From Candidatus Nomurabacteria bacterium (GTDB lineage Bacteria > Patescibacteriota > Minisyncoccia > Phycocordibacterales > SBAW01), in contig CALQYT010000005.1 in the NCBI GenBank assembly GCA_943348815.1, positions 5,167 to 69,166 on the forward strand: a DNA stretch of 64,000 bases, read 5' to 3'. Numbering within the stretch: the stretch's first letter is position 1; each line of letters opens with the position of its first letter. Under the pieces are notes generated by a model. That model made no database searches and was not told the DNA's origin. It saw nothing but the letters and a program-made list of their open reading frames with translations. The position numbers and the translations under genes are program-made. Below are positions 28,101-36,149 of this stretch, in pieces.

Positions 28101-28493
28101 TTATTTTTGTGGCGACTTGGTTTGGGCGAAGCGGATGCAGTAGAAGAGCTTCCCTCGTTGCCGCTCGACACTAAATCCGTTGCGGCCGAGCACCTTTTGG
28201 CTGGCGAGGTTGTCGATGTTAGCGGAGGCCCTTATTGCTGGGACTTCCCATTGCTTGAAGACCCAGTCGCACATAAGCCCGACCGCCTGCGTAGCAAAAC
28301 CGCGCTGTTGGTATAGCCAGTACGTGTCATATCCGAGCACCACATCACCGGTACTACCCAACCCGAATCCGCCTAACCCTACAAGATGGTTGCGGTACAT
28401 GAACTGAAATTGCATTTCACAGATATGCTGGAGCCAAAAGTCAGAGTGGCCGGCCAGCACAAAACCCACCGTTGGGGCATGCATGACGGTCAC
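28101..28493 (-). CDS. GNAT-family N-acetyltransferase
   Basis: 130 aa. C-terminal ASANIDNLASQKVLGRNGF resembles the GNAT motif A/B region. Confidence 0.55.
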   Translation of the reverse strand: MTVMHAPTVGFVLAGHSDFWLQHICEMQFQFMYRNHLVGLGGFGLGSTGDVVLGYDTYWLYQQRGFATQAVGLMCDWVFKQWEVPAIRASANIDNLASQKVLGRNGFSVERQRGKLFYCIRFAQTKSPQK

Positions 28494-28603
28494 TCCCGTT
28501 GATCCGCACAGAGCGTATCACGATACAAAAATTTTGTCTGCTGCTTTTTTGCCAAACCCAAAACCACCCCCGCGGGGGTGGTTTTGCGACCAGAAGGGTG
28601 AGA

Positions 28604-29704
28604 CTAGCGTTTCGTGGTAAACGAGACGATGTCCCCTGCTACCGTGCCTTGCGGGTTGCGGGCAACGCCGCGGTAGTAGTACGTGGTGTTGTTGGAGAGT
28701 CCATTTGCAGTCACCGATACATTGGTCGTTGCTTCGCCCGGCAGTGTTTGCGTTGCCGTGACGGTACCAAGAATGTTGGTCAAGAGCGGCGTGGTGCCGT
28801 ACTCAAACCAATAGGAGCTCGCGGCGTTGTGCGGATTGATCCGCGCGTTGAGCGTTGCCGTTGAGGTGCCCACAAGTGTCGCTGCCGTCGTATCCACCAT
28901 TGGCAAACCGGTTGTCGCCGGGCCCGCCGTAGTAAAGCTCTGTGTCGCGCCGCTTACCGTCCCATAGTTATTTTGCGCGTTGAAGCGATAATAATATTTG
29001 GTCTGCGGGCTCAGCGTCCCGACCGGCACCGCAATAGGGAGAGAGTCGGTACCGCTGCCGGCAACCCCGAAGGAGCTCACGCTGCCGAAGTTTGGCGTCG
29101 TGCCGTACTCAAACCAGTACGTAGTTTGTGCGTTGTTTGGGTTAACATGTCCGTTGAGTGTTGCGTTGGTGCGGTCGATAGCCGTTGCCGCATTGGTGCT
29201 CACCGTCGGTGCCTTGCCTACCGGCGGCGGATTGGCTGTGGTGGTAAAGGTGTACGTATTCCCTTCAACGCTGCCAAAACTATTTTGTGCGCTCATGCGG
29301 TAGGAGTACGTCGTGTTGGGCGTCAGTCCGCTCAAGAATGCGGGTGTTGCGACCGTGACAAATCCAGCACCAACCGTTTTTGGTGTCGTGCGGTTCGTGA
29401 GCGAGCCGGAGGTGCCGAAGTCAAACCAATAGGTGGTCAAGGCTCCGTTGGGGGCAACGTACCCCGTGACAACCGCGCTCGTGTCAGCCGGGACAGCCAA
29501 GCGTCCGGTCTGCACGCCAGGGAGGCCTGCCGATTGTGCGGGCACCGGCGGCGTGGTTGCCGTATCGGTGTTCCCGGTCTGCTGTGTGGTGGTTGCCGTA
29601 CCTCCCGTCGTCGAGGTTCCCGTGCTGCCGTTCCAAACCATATAGCCAATAACTAAAACTACCAGCACTGCTAGCGCACCTATGATCGTGTTTGTTGAAT
29701 TCAT
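28604..29704 (-). CDS. Secreted protein with three fibronectin-III-like repeats
   Basis: N-terminal TM/signal. Threefold repeat ...TTYWFEYGTT...YYYR...TVSG..SFTT. Confidence 0.6.
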   Translation of the reverse strand: MNSTNTIIGALAVLVVLVIGYMVWNGSTGTSTTGGTATTTQQTGNTDTATTPPVPAQSAGLPGVQTGRLAVPADTSAVVTGYVAPNGALTTYWFDFGTSGSLTNRTTPKTVGAGFVTVATPAFLSGLTPNTTYSYRMSAQNSFGSVEGNTYTFTTTANPPPVGKAPTVSTNAATAIDRTNATLNGHVNPNNAQTTYWFEYGTTPNFGSVSSFGVAGSGTDSLPIAVPVGTLSPQTKYYYRFNAQNNYGTVSGATQSFTTAGPATTGLPMVDTTAATLVGTSTATLNARINPHNAASSYWFEYGTTPLLTNILGTVTATQTLPGEATTNVSVTANGLSNNTTYYYRGVARNPQGTVAGDIVSFTTKR

Positions 29705-29904
29705 ACATTTATATGAAAATGGTTAATAGCTGAGCTTAACTCCGGGTAGATGTGTTTTGTATGAGGGCTACATCGAATGCCTCGTATATCATCTGTTAAG
29801 ATACTTAGTATGAGTAACAAAAGTGGTAAAAAATCCTGGGCTGCATCGAAAACGGTCCGCGACGTCGCCGCCCGGGTCAAGGGCGACAGCAAAAAGAAAA
29901 AGTA

Positions 29905-30888
29905 TTAAACCACCCGAATTTGGGTAAAGTTCTTCCCTTCCAAACCTTTAATCGTTACCGGCTCCCAGGCTGCCTGTGCCTTTTCGAGTTGTGAGGGTGA
30001 AAGGATGGTCTCGATAAAACTATCCTCACGCTTTTGAAGCGCCCCGACCCCTACCCAAAATTTAGCGACCGATGTTTTAGTAGTCCCGATAGGGATAACA
30101 TTCGGCTCGAAGAAAACCGTAAACGCACTTATATTTTCAGTCGTGTACGAAGGTCGCACGCGAGTCTGCTTTTCTTGCAGGTTGTAATAGGCGTAATGCA
30201 TCAGGTCCACCTTTTCGCGCCAAAGCGGATCTTTGCTTTGCTCAGGGGTTACCTTTACGTTCATTTCTATAGAGCGTATTGCGGCGTCTGACAATGGTTG
30301 AGGGTTTGCTGCGCGAACCTGCTTTAACTTTTCCATCTCTGCGGCGAGTCCTGCCTCAAAAACTTCAGTGCTTTCGTACTGTGATCTCTCCAAAAAGACC
30401 TCGAACTTTAAATTTGCGGGAGCATACGGAGTAATAAAAGTCAGCAACTTAGCAAAACTTTGCTGGTAAGCGTCCAGATCGGCCTGGGGAATATTGTTCA
30501 TCTTACTAATGACCACCTCATCGACCCAAAAGGTAAAAGTCACTCCCTGCGGGTACAGCGCACACACCGGTTTAAGCCATCGCACGATATACATGATCGT
30601 AAAGAGTTCGGCCCAATCGGCTTCGGGCGTCTCCTCCAAGCGCCAGAGCTTGTATCCGCCAAAAGGCCAGGAAATTTTTATAGGTTCTTTGTCGGCAATA
30701 TTTTTCTCGAGAGCCGTTCTGATGATTTTTTGATTTTTTTCGGGTACCGAGAATTTTCTAAACTTTTTCGACATCAGCGCGGTAAAAATAGCCTGAGCCA
30801 TCTCGGCGTTGTCTTTGGGTTTTGTACTAGACGGCAAAGACGACTTGAGAGCATCAAGTTGAGAAGAGATGTACTCTTGTGCATTCAT
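29905..30888 (-). CDS. Hypothetical protein (327 aa)
   Basis: Long ORF with backbone-like codon usage. No recognisable motif. Confidence 0.45.
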   Translation of the reverse strand: MNAQEYISSQLDALKSSLPSSTKPKDNAEMAQAIFTALMSKKFRKFSVPEKNQKIIRTALEKNIADKEPIKISWPFGGYKLWRLEETPEADWAELFTIMYIVRWLKPVCALYPQGVTFTFWVDEVVISKMNNIPQADLDAYQQSFAKLLTFITPYAPANLKFEVFLERSQYESTEVFEAGLAAEMEKLKQVRAANPQPLSDAAIRSIEMNVKVTPEQSKDPLWREKVDLMHYAYYNLQEKQTRVRPSYTTENISAFTVFFEPNVIPIGTTKTSVAKFWVGVGALQKREDSFIETILSPSQLEKAQAAWEPVTIKGLEGKNFTQIRVV

Positions 30889-30893
30889 AGAGA

Positions 30894-30966
30894 GATGCGG
30901 GTAGGAATTGAACCTACGTCTCCTGCCTTGCGGGCAGGCGCCTGAATCCGTCTCGGCGACCGCATC
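30894..30966 (-). tRNA. tRNA-like element (degenerate; possible tRNA-Cys GCA with C33)
   Basis: Minus-strand 73-nt GATGCGG...GTAGGTTCAATTCCTACCCGCATC has a perfect 7-bp acceptor stem and a canonical T-arm. The D-arm pairs poorly. The best anticodon loop CCGCAAG lacks U33. Confidence 0.3.
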
Positions 30967-30987
30967 GGGGTGATTATAACAGAATAC

Positions 30988-31656
30988 CTATTTCCAAGTG
31001 TCGTAGAGCTTTCTAACGGCGGTGATGTCATACTCAGGAATATGGACAGGGACGCGCGACTCGCTCGCACTCGCGGGAGGTGTTGCGGCCAGTAGGCAGG
31101 ACGTGCCGTGATACTGCGGCGCATCATTAGGGTCGGCACCCGCGGGTACAAGTTGTATAGTAATCAGGTCTACGTTCTTTTCGGCAATACCTCCTAAGGT
31201 ACCCTCCGAATATTCAATAGAATATGTCTTCCCATCTTTTACAAAAGTGCGAGATTGCGAAAAAAGAGTAGCAACACCCATGTCGCCTTCGTTTTGGGTT
31301 ATTGGACAAAAGATATTAGCAGTGACTCCTCCTACCCCATCAGACAGGGTATACACTTCTTCGCCCCGAACGGTGCTTACTTCTGCCGGCCAGCCGGTTG
31401 GCCACACAAACGTGTAGCCGTTGCTGGTGGTGTAGGTTTGCCACCCAGTTATAGGTTTTGGCGTACGGTTTTCATTTTCATCGGCAGAAGACTGCGGATG
31501 ATACGAGTCCTGGCTACTTTGAGGCACGTAGGAAGAGTCAACAACCGCCTGATATTGCATCCCGATATAAAAACAGAGGACCGGTACCACCACCAGAAAC
31601 AGAATGATTGCCCCCAGTTTTGAATACCAGGTAACCTCGTGCCATTTAATTTCCAT
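30988..31656 (-). CDS. Membrane-anchored secreted hypothetical protein
   Basis: N-terminal TM LGAIILFLVVVPVLCFYIG then a Ser/Gln-rich linker. Confidence 0.45.
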   Translation of the reverse strand: MEIKWHEVTWYSKLGAIILFLVVVPVLCFYIGMQYQAVVDSSYVPQSSQDSYHPQSSADENENRTPKPITGWQTYTTSNGYTFVWPTGWPAEVSTVRGEEVYTLSDGVGGVTANIFCPITQNEGDMGVATLFSQSRTFVKDGKTYSIEYSEGTLGGIAEKNVDLITIQLVPAGADPNDAPQYHGTSCLLAATPPASASESRVPVHIPEYDITAVRKLYDTWK

Positions 31657-31703
31657 ACCAAAACTATAGCACCGGTTTTTGCCTAATTTGCTAGAATAGA
31701 CTC

Positions 31704-31955
31704 ATGACTACAAAAGGAGTTGCCGGAGGCACGATACACACGATGCCCGCGGATTGGCGGAAGGCGCTTAATGCTACCCCGGCCGCCAAAGCGGTATGGG
31801 ATGACATTACCCCACTCGCGCGCAATGAGTGGATATGCTGGGTTACCTCCGGCAAAAAAGCCGAGACACGTGACATACGAATCAAAAAAGGACTCTCCAA
31901 ACTAAAAAGCGGCATGCGCCGCCCGTGTTGCTGGGCAGGCTGCCCGCATCGTTAA
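31704..31955 (+). CDS. YdeI/OmpD-associated family protein
   Basis: 83 aa. MPADWRKALNATPAAKAVWDDITPLARNEWICWVTSGKKAETRDIRIKK matches the YdeI_or_OmpD-associated pattern. Confidence 0.55.
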   Translation: MTTKGVAGGTIHTMPADWRKALNATPAAKAVWDDITPLARNEWICWVTSGKKAETRDIRIKKGLSKLKSGMRRPCCWAGCPHR

Positions 31956-32296
31956 GAACGTTTTAGTTTGCCCACGAGATAGTGAATAACTGAGGCAAGG
32001 ATGGTCCAGTAGACAAGCAAGTAGATACCGACAAATGGAGGAGGCGGGTCTTCTTTCAAAAAATCAACTTGGGGCGCCGCTATGGGCCCGAGCAAAACAA
32101 TTTTGATCGGCAAAATAATTGTGGACACCGCGCGCTTCCAGGCTAGTGGTGAGTCGCTACCGGTCGTCAGTACAGAATCGGGCGCTTGAGGAAACCCTCG
32201 AACGCCGGTTGTCCCCAAAAGTGAGGTCGTAATAAAAAGGAAGGCGAAGCCGAAGATAATAAAGAAAATAACAAATTTGGTTCTTGAAATAGCCAT
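31952..32296 (-). CDS. Hypothetical membrane protein
   Basis: Three hydrophobic segments. No other motif. Confidence 0.35.
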   Translation of the reverse strand: MAISRTKFVIFFIIFGFAFLFITTSLLGTTGVRGFPQAPDSVLTTGSDSPLAWKRAVSTIILPIKIVLLGPIAAPQVDFLKEDPPPPFVGIYLLVYWTILASVIHYLVGKLKRS

Positions 32297-32339
32297 AACT
32301 TCTCAAACACTACCACGGACAAGGAAGTTACCAATCCTT

Positions 32340-32696
32340 TTAAATCCGGAAGAATTCGTCGTTCTCGCCTTCTTCGTACCCCATCAGCCGCCAAAAGCCG
32401 TGCGCGGTACTTTTGACATTGCTCGCGTACACTGCAAGCTCGTGTTTGTCACAATAATCGTGTATTGCTCCGATAACTTTACTCCCGACGCCGCTCACGC
32501 GGCTGTCGATGTTGCGGATTTCGAATGAATCGTCGTGCACAACAAACGAAAGGCTAAAGGAGTTGGTATCAATCTCTTGCGTCTCCCCGTCCGACTCAAT
32601 TACTGTTGGTTCGCCGGTTGCAACCAAAAGCATATTCGCCAGTTCTCGAATCGGCGGCTGCCCCTCTGCACTTCCCTCTTGTCGTTTTTCTAGCAT
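32340..32696 (-). CDS. Small acetyltransferase-like protein (GNAT-like)
   Basis: 118 aa. Tentative GNAT-like core. Confidence 0.3.
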   Translation of the reverse strand: MLEKRQEGSAEGQPPIRELANMLLVATGEPTVIESDGETQEIDTNSFSLSFVVHDDSFEIRNIDSRVSGVGSKVIGAIHDYCDKHELAVYASNVKSTAHGFWRLMGYEEGENDEFFRI

Positions 32697-32812
32697 GTAG
32701 GGATTGTAACAAAATAATCTCTTACGTACCTTGTTTTAATTTAGGTGAGTTCTTGCTATGTGGGGACTCGAAAAAATAGATAAAAAACGGTATAGTGCTG
32801 ATTGTTCGACAT

Positions 32813-33074
32813 TCCGCGGTAGCTCAATGGTAGAGCAGCTCCCTGTCAGCAGGCAGCCTTTCGCCGCAAGGCGGATTGAATAACTTTGGGATAACGGTGG
32901 ACCCCTCGCCAAACCGGCAGGGCAACACCGTGGGAACCTCGCTATAGTCGCGGGGGCGCCGTAGAGACTAGATACCAAAGCACCCCTCGTGGGTGGTGAT
33001 ATAGTCCACTCCCGCAAGAAACTGTGGGGCGCAGTGTAAGGAGTTGGTTCCAGGTTCGAGTCCTGGCCGCGGAG
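32813..33074 (+). tRNA. tRNA (probably Thr, anticodon UGU or GGU) interrupted by an approximately 190-nt group I-like intron in the anticodon loop
   Basis: 5' exon TCCGCGG-TA-GCTC-AATGGTA-GAGC-A-GCTCC-CT (acceptor, D-arm, anticodon stem). 3' exon TGTAA-GGAGT-TGGTT-CCAGG-TTCGAGT-CCTGG-CCGCGGA-G pairs perfectly with the 5' half. The 5' exon ends in U and the insert ends in G. Confidence 0.6.
32845..33034 (+). ncRNA. Putative group I (IC3-like) self-splicing intron inside the tRNA
   Basis: Contains GCCGTAGAGACTAGATACCAAAGCACCCC, closely resembling the conserved P7/P3 core (GUAGAGACUAGACGGCACCC) of the proteobacterial tRNA group I introns. Confidence 0.5.
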
Positions 33075-33081
33075 CAAAAAT

Positions 33082-33103
33082 ATCAAGGTTCGACCTTGAT
33101 GGG
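33082..33103. repeat. REP-like hairpin ATCAAGG-TTCGA-CCTTGAT
   Basis: 7-bp stem, 5-nt loop. Copies also at 34659-34680 and, inverted, at 38982-39002. Related copies at 59391-59457. Confidence 0.6.
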
Positions 33104-33193
33104 TTAACTAGACATTTTCATTATTTTATGTTTTATTAGTGCCGGCGCAGTTCGCCACAGCACAACCCTCTAAAACTGAGGAAGGGCATAGCT

Positions 33194-34090
33194 ATGACCA
33201 GCCGAGTCATGTTTTCTACCGCGGTGAGGACTCAATTGCCTCACATGAATAGAATTCACCACGCGCAATACCGGCGGCGACTCCTCGCCTCCGGGATCAG
33301 CGACGACCAGGGCAACCCGACTGAGCTTGCATATTTCTTAGACGAACTTTACGGCCCTTGTCTGCAGGACGTGGAGTTTTTCTGCGGGCAAAGCAACCTC
33401 TTCCGCATGATCGCGGCAGGTAAAGTTGTCTGGGAGATTCAAAAGCACTTCCCTGCAATTAAGACGCGAGTCGTCTCTGCCCTGGCTGCACTCATAGCTA
33501 AAGGCAGCATCCATCGTCGCAAATCCCCGGAGGACATGCGGCCGTTCTTCCAACGTAGGGATACGTTGTCTGACCTGCTCGACGAAGCGACGATGCTGAT
33601 CCACGCGAGCGAACAGATCAACTCGGTACCCGACGGCCAAAAGAGTGCCGCATTAAGTGGACTCCGGATCGATCCTCATCAGTTTCGGATAGTCCGGGCC
33701 GAATGGGCGCGGATCTTCTCCACACTTAAGGGGGACGATCCCGTCGATTACCGGGTGGTAGGCAATCACGCGGTACCACTACGTTGCGCGATCCTCGCCG
33801 GTACGCACTGGATCAATACCTTCGACCGGTACGGTGTGCTGCAAGACCTGTCTATCTGTAGCGTGCTCTATGAGAGGAGCGTAGATATCCAGGCTTACGA
33901 TCCAAACGACCTCGCCGTCGTCGGCTGGAACTTCCCAATGTCGGTAATGGACCAGGAATGGGACATGACCTCAGAAGGCTACCCGCTGACGTTGGTCACG
34001 AGAGCAGAAATGGAGCGCCACGCCCCCCATCTGCTCGAACTTCCTTTCGTCAAAAAACAATTCGCCGGCTTTCAACGGCCAAGCGAGTGA
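33194..34090 (+). CDS. Hypothetical protein (298 aa), first gene of GC3-rich island next to the tRNA
   Basis: GAGGAAGGG RBS. GC3-rich. Terminator GCCCGCG...CGCGGGC-TTTTTAATTTAA at 34112-34150. Confidence 0.45.
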   Translation: MTSRVMFSTAVRTQLPHMNRIHHAQYRRRLLASGISDDQGNPTELAYFLDELYGPCLQDVEFFCGQSNLFRMIAAGKVVWEIQKHFPAIKTRVVSALAALIAKGSIHRRKSPEDMRPFFQRRDTLSDLLDEATMLIHASEQINSVPDGQKSAALSGLRIDPHQFRIVRAEWARIFSTLKGDDPVDYRVVGNHAVPLRCAILAGTHWINTFDRYGVLQDLSICSVLYERSVDIQAYDPNDLAVVGWNFPMSVMDQEWDMTSEGYPLTLVTRAEMERHAPHLLELPFVKKQFAGFQRPSE

Positions 34091-34239
34091 ATTAACGGTC
34101 GCTAAAACCGACCAACCTTCAAGAGCCCGCGCCAAAACGCGGGCTTTTTAATTTAAGAAAATAAATGTTGTTTTTTTGACTCTCCTAGAGTAGTCTCTCT
34201 GCCAGAAGAGCTGCATACCGCAGCGCAGACGAGGGTGCC

Positions 34240-34530
34240 ATGATTCTGAGCCAAGACCGACTGAATGCGATCACGTTGTTGTTGATGTTGGGGACGACAA
34301 CCCACGAAGATTTTAATTCGCCAACAAACACGCCGATCTACCGCCTCGGCAGACTGGCGGCCGAGTTGGCCGAACTGCAGAACCGGCTCCAAGAGACCGC
34401 TGCGGAAGTCAGCAAACATCTTGCCGAGCGGATTGGCGAAAAAGCACCGACCGCTGAGGAGCTTGAGGCCTTCGTTCCACTTCTAGCCGAACAGATGCGA
34501 GACCTCAAACCTGCGCGGCGATCGTACTAA
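34240..34530 (+). CDS. Hypothetical small protein (96 aa), predicted helical/coiled-coil
   Basis: GAGGGTG RBS. AAELAELQNRLQETAAEVSKHLAERIG. Followed by GCGGCTTTTTAATTTAAATTT and a second terminator at 34617-34650. Confidence 0.4.
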   Translation: MILSQDRLNAITLLLMLGTTTHEDFNSPTNTPIYRLGRLAAELAELQNRLQETAAEVSKHLAERIGEKAPTAEELEAFVPLLAEQMRDLKPARRSY

Positions 34531-34658
34531 GCTTCCCTACCCGGGCGGCTTTTTAATTTAAATTTATGTTCGTGGAACATGTATTAGTTCCCGCCCCAAA
34601 ACAAAAACAGAAGCCGTCGGGTGTACTCGGCGGCTTTTTTGTTTAATGAAGACAAAAA

Positions 34659-34680
34659 ATCAAGGTTCGACCTTGATGGG
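34659..34680. repeat. REP-like hairpin ATCAAGG-TTCGA-CCTTGAT (copy 2)
   Basis: Identical to the copy at 33082. Confidence 0.6.
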
Positions 34681-34766
34681 CTTGATTTTTATTACTCAAA
34701 GGGTAGCTTTGTGTCAGAGGTTCGACTGCCCTCATAAAGCAGTCAATGGATCGCAGGGGGATCGCG

Positions 34767-35159
34767 ATGGCTGAGCGTTTCTTTGTCATCGCCGCAAAAG
34801 AAGTGGCGTTGGCACAGGGGGCAACCCCAAACAATAAGTTCATCGCCGCGTCGGGGGCTGACCCTGCTACGGCGGCGAGGTTTACTCGAATCGCCTTCGT
34901 CGGCGGAGAACCAACCATGGTGACCGTCCAATGGTACATCCAAACCTTTGTTGCCAAAGCAGACGGCACCTTAGTTGCCGATGAAGAATATCGGGCGCGC
35001 GATGCGACTCTCGGTGTTCTGCTTAAAATCGGACTGACTGACTCACTGGTGCTGATCGAGGAATGGCTATACGCTGCCTTCGAAAGATACTGCAAGGCAG
35101 CAGGCATTGAAGTTACCAAGCACTACTTCGACGGGACACTCTCACAAGCAACTTCCTGA
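34767..35159 (+). CDS. Hypothetical protein (130 aa)
   Basis: AGGGGGATCGCG RBS before MAERFFVIAAKEV. GC3-rich. Confidence 0.4.
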   Translation: MAERFFVIAAKEVALAQGATPNNKFIAASGADPATAARFTRIAFVGGEPTMVTVQWYIQTFVAKADGTLVADEEYRARDATLGVLLKIGLTDSLVLIEEWLYAAFERYCKAAGIEVTKHYFDGTLSQATS

Positions 35160-35188
35160 CTGCCCTAGTGCCAAAGGACGCTTCAGTC

Positions 35189-35467
35189 ATGCCCAAACGT
35201 AACCGTTTCGACCGCATGTCGCCCACCAAGTTTTTCGCCAAGGAAAGACTGATGAGGTTGGGGATCTCCTCCAACACTGCCGGACGAGCGAGCAAGGGGG
35301 CGCACGAGTACGCCTATGTGCGCGGCAATTTTCCCACCATGAGGAGATTCGCGGCGCATTACAACACCCGCGACTCGTTCGTCCCGACCCCTTCCAACTT
35401 TGGCAAAGCTTCTTGGGACGCACTCGTCCTCGCCATCAAGTCGGCCAGACTGCCTTTCGAAGACTAA
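35189..35467 (+). CDS. Hypothetical small protein (92 aa)
   Basis: AAAGGACG RBS before MPKRNRFDRMSPTKFF. Terminator GCGAGCGGC-TTTTTTAATTTAG at 35468-35495. Confidence 0.4.
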   Translation: MPKRNRFDRMSPTKFFAKERLMRLGISSNTAGRASKGAHEYAYVRGNFPTMRRFAAHYNTRDSFVPTPSNFGKASWDALVLAIKSARLPFED

Positions 35468-35587
35468 CCAGCTGCTCCCGCGAGCGGCTTTTTTAATTTA
35501 GTAAATTACCGACTCCCCTACTTGACGTTGGGTTTAATATATGTTAAAGGGTTATCACCCTATACCAAGCACGGAAGGAGTTGGCCC

Positions 35588-35965
35588 ATGGCCAAAGTAC
35601 ACAAAGGCACTGCCAAACAGAAGGCCAAAAAGAAACGGCGGATCACCATCCGCGGACCACGGCGCAACCGTACCCCTGAGGAAGAAGTCGCGATGCACGA
35701 CATGCAAGCGCTGATCTTCACGGATTACCTTCGGCGCAAAGGGGCCCACGGCCCCCGCGAGCATCGCGAGCTCGCCGAGGACGCGGACCTGAGCTTTCGG
35801 ACGGTCCAGGGCATCGTGGAAGGAACCACACTCTGGTTCCGAGCCGAAACGGAGCGCAAGCTCCACAAAGCGCTCGGTGTCCGGCGCGACCTCACTGACA
35901 CGGTGACCGGCAAGCGCATCGACCCGCGGAGATATTACAACAAGATTCCCCGCAAGTTCTTCTAA
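35588..35965 (+). CDS. Basic DNA-binding protein with XRE-like HTH (126 aa)
   Basis: GGAAGGAG RBS. N-terminus MAKVHKGTAKQKAKKKRRITIRGPRRNR is Lys/Arg-rich. ELAEDADLSFRTVQGIVEGTTLWFRAETERKLHKALGV resembles an HTH_3 domain. Terminator GGCCGCCGACACCCATCGGCGGC-TTTTTG at 35985-36015. Confidence 0.45.
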   Translation: MAKVHKGTAKQKAKKKRRITIRGPRRNRTPEEEVAMHDMQALIFTDYLRRKGAHGPREHRELAEDADLSFRTVQGIVEGTTLWFRAETERKLHKALGVRRDLTDTVTGKRIDPRRYYNKIPRKFF

Positions 35966-36149
35966 CGCATCCGTCCCCGACAAAAGCAGAGGCCGCCGAC
36001 ACCCATCGGCGGCTTTTTGTTTGGTTACTCCTTTACAGCCAAGCGTTTTCAACCTCTACTTTGTTATACACAGCCCAAAGGCTCGACTAAGTTAGTTTAA
36101 TTTCGTACTGATTAAGTATAAAAGCTAAGGGATTTACTATAACTACCGC

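Noticed and set aside
29809-29907. 32-aa Lys-rich ORF (MSNKSGKKSWAASKTVRDVAARVKGDSKKKKY)
   Set aside because: No RBS, very short, and in an AT-rich intergenic region. It could be a tiny basic protein, but the evidence is insufficient.
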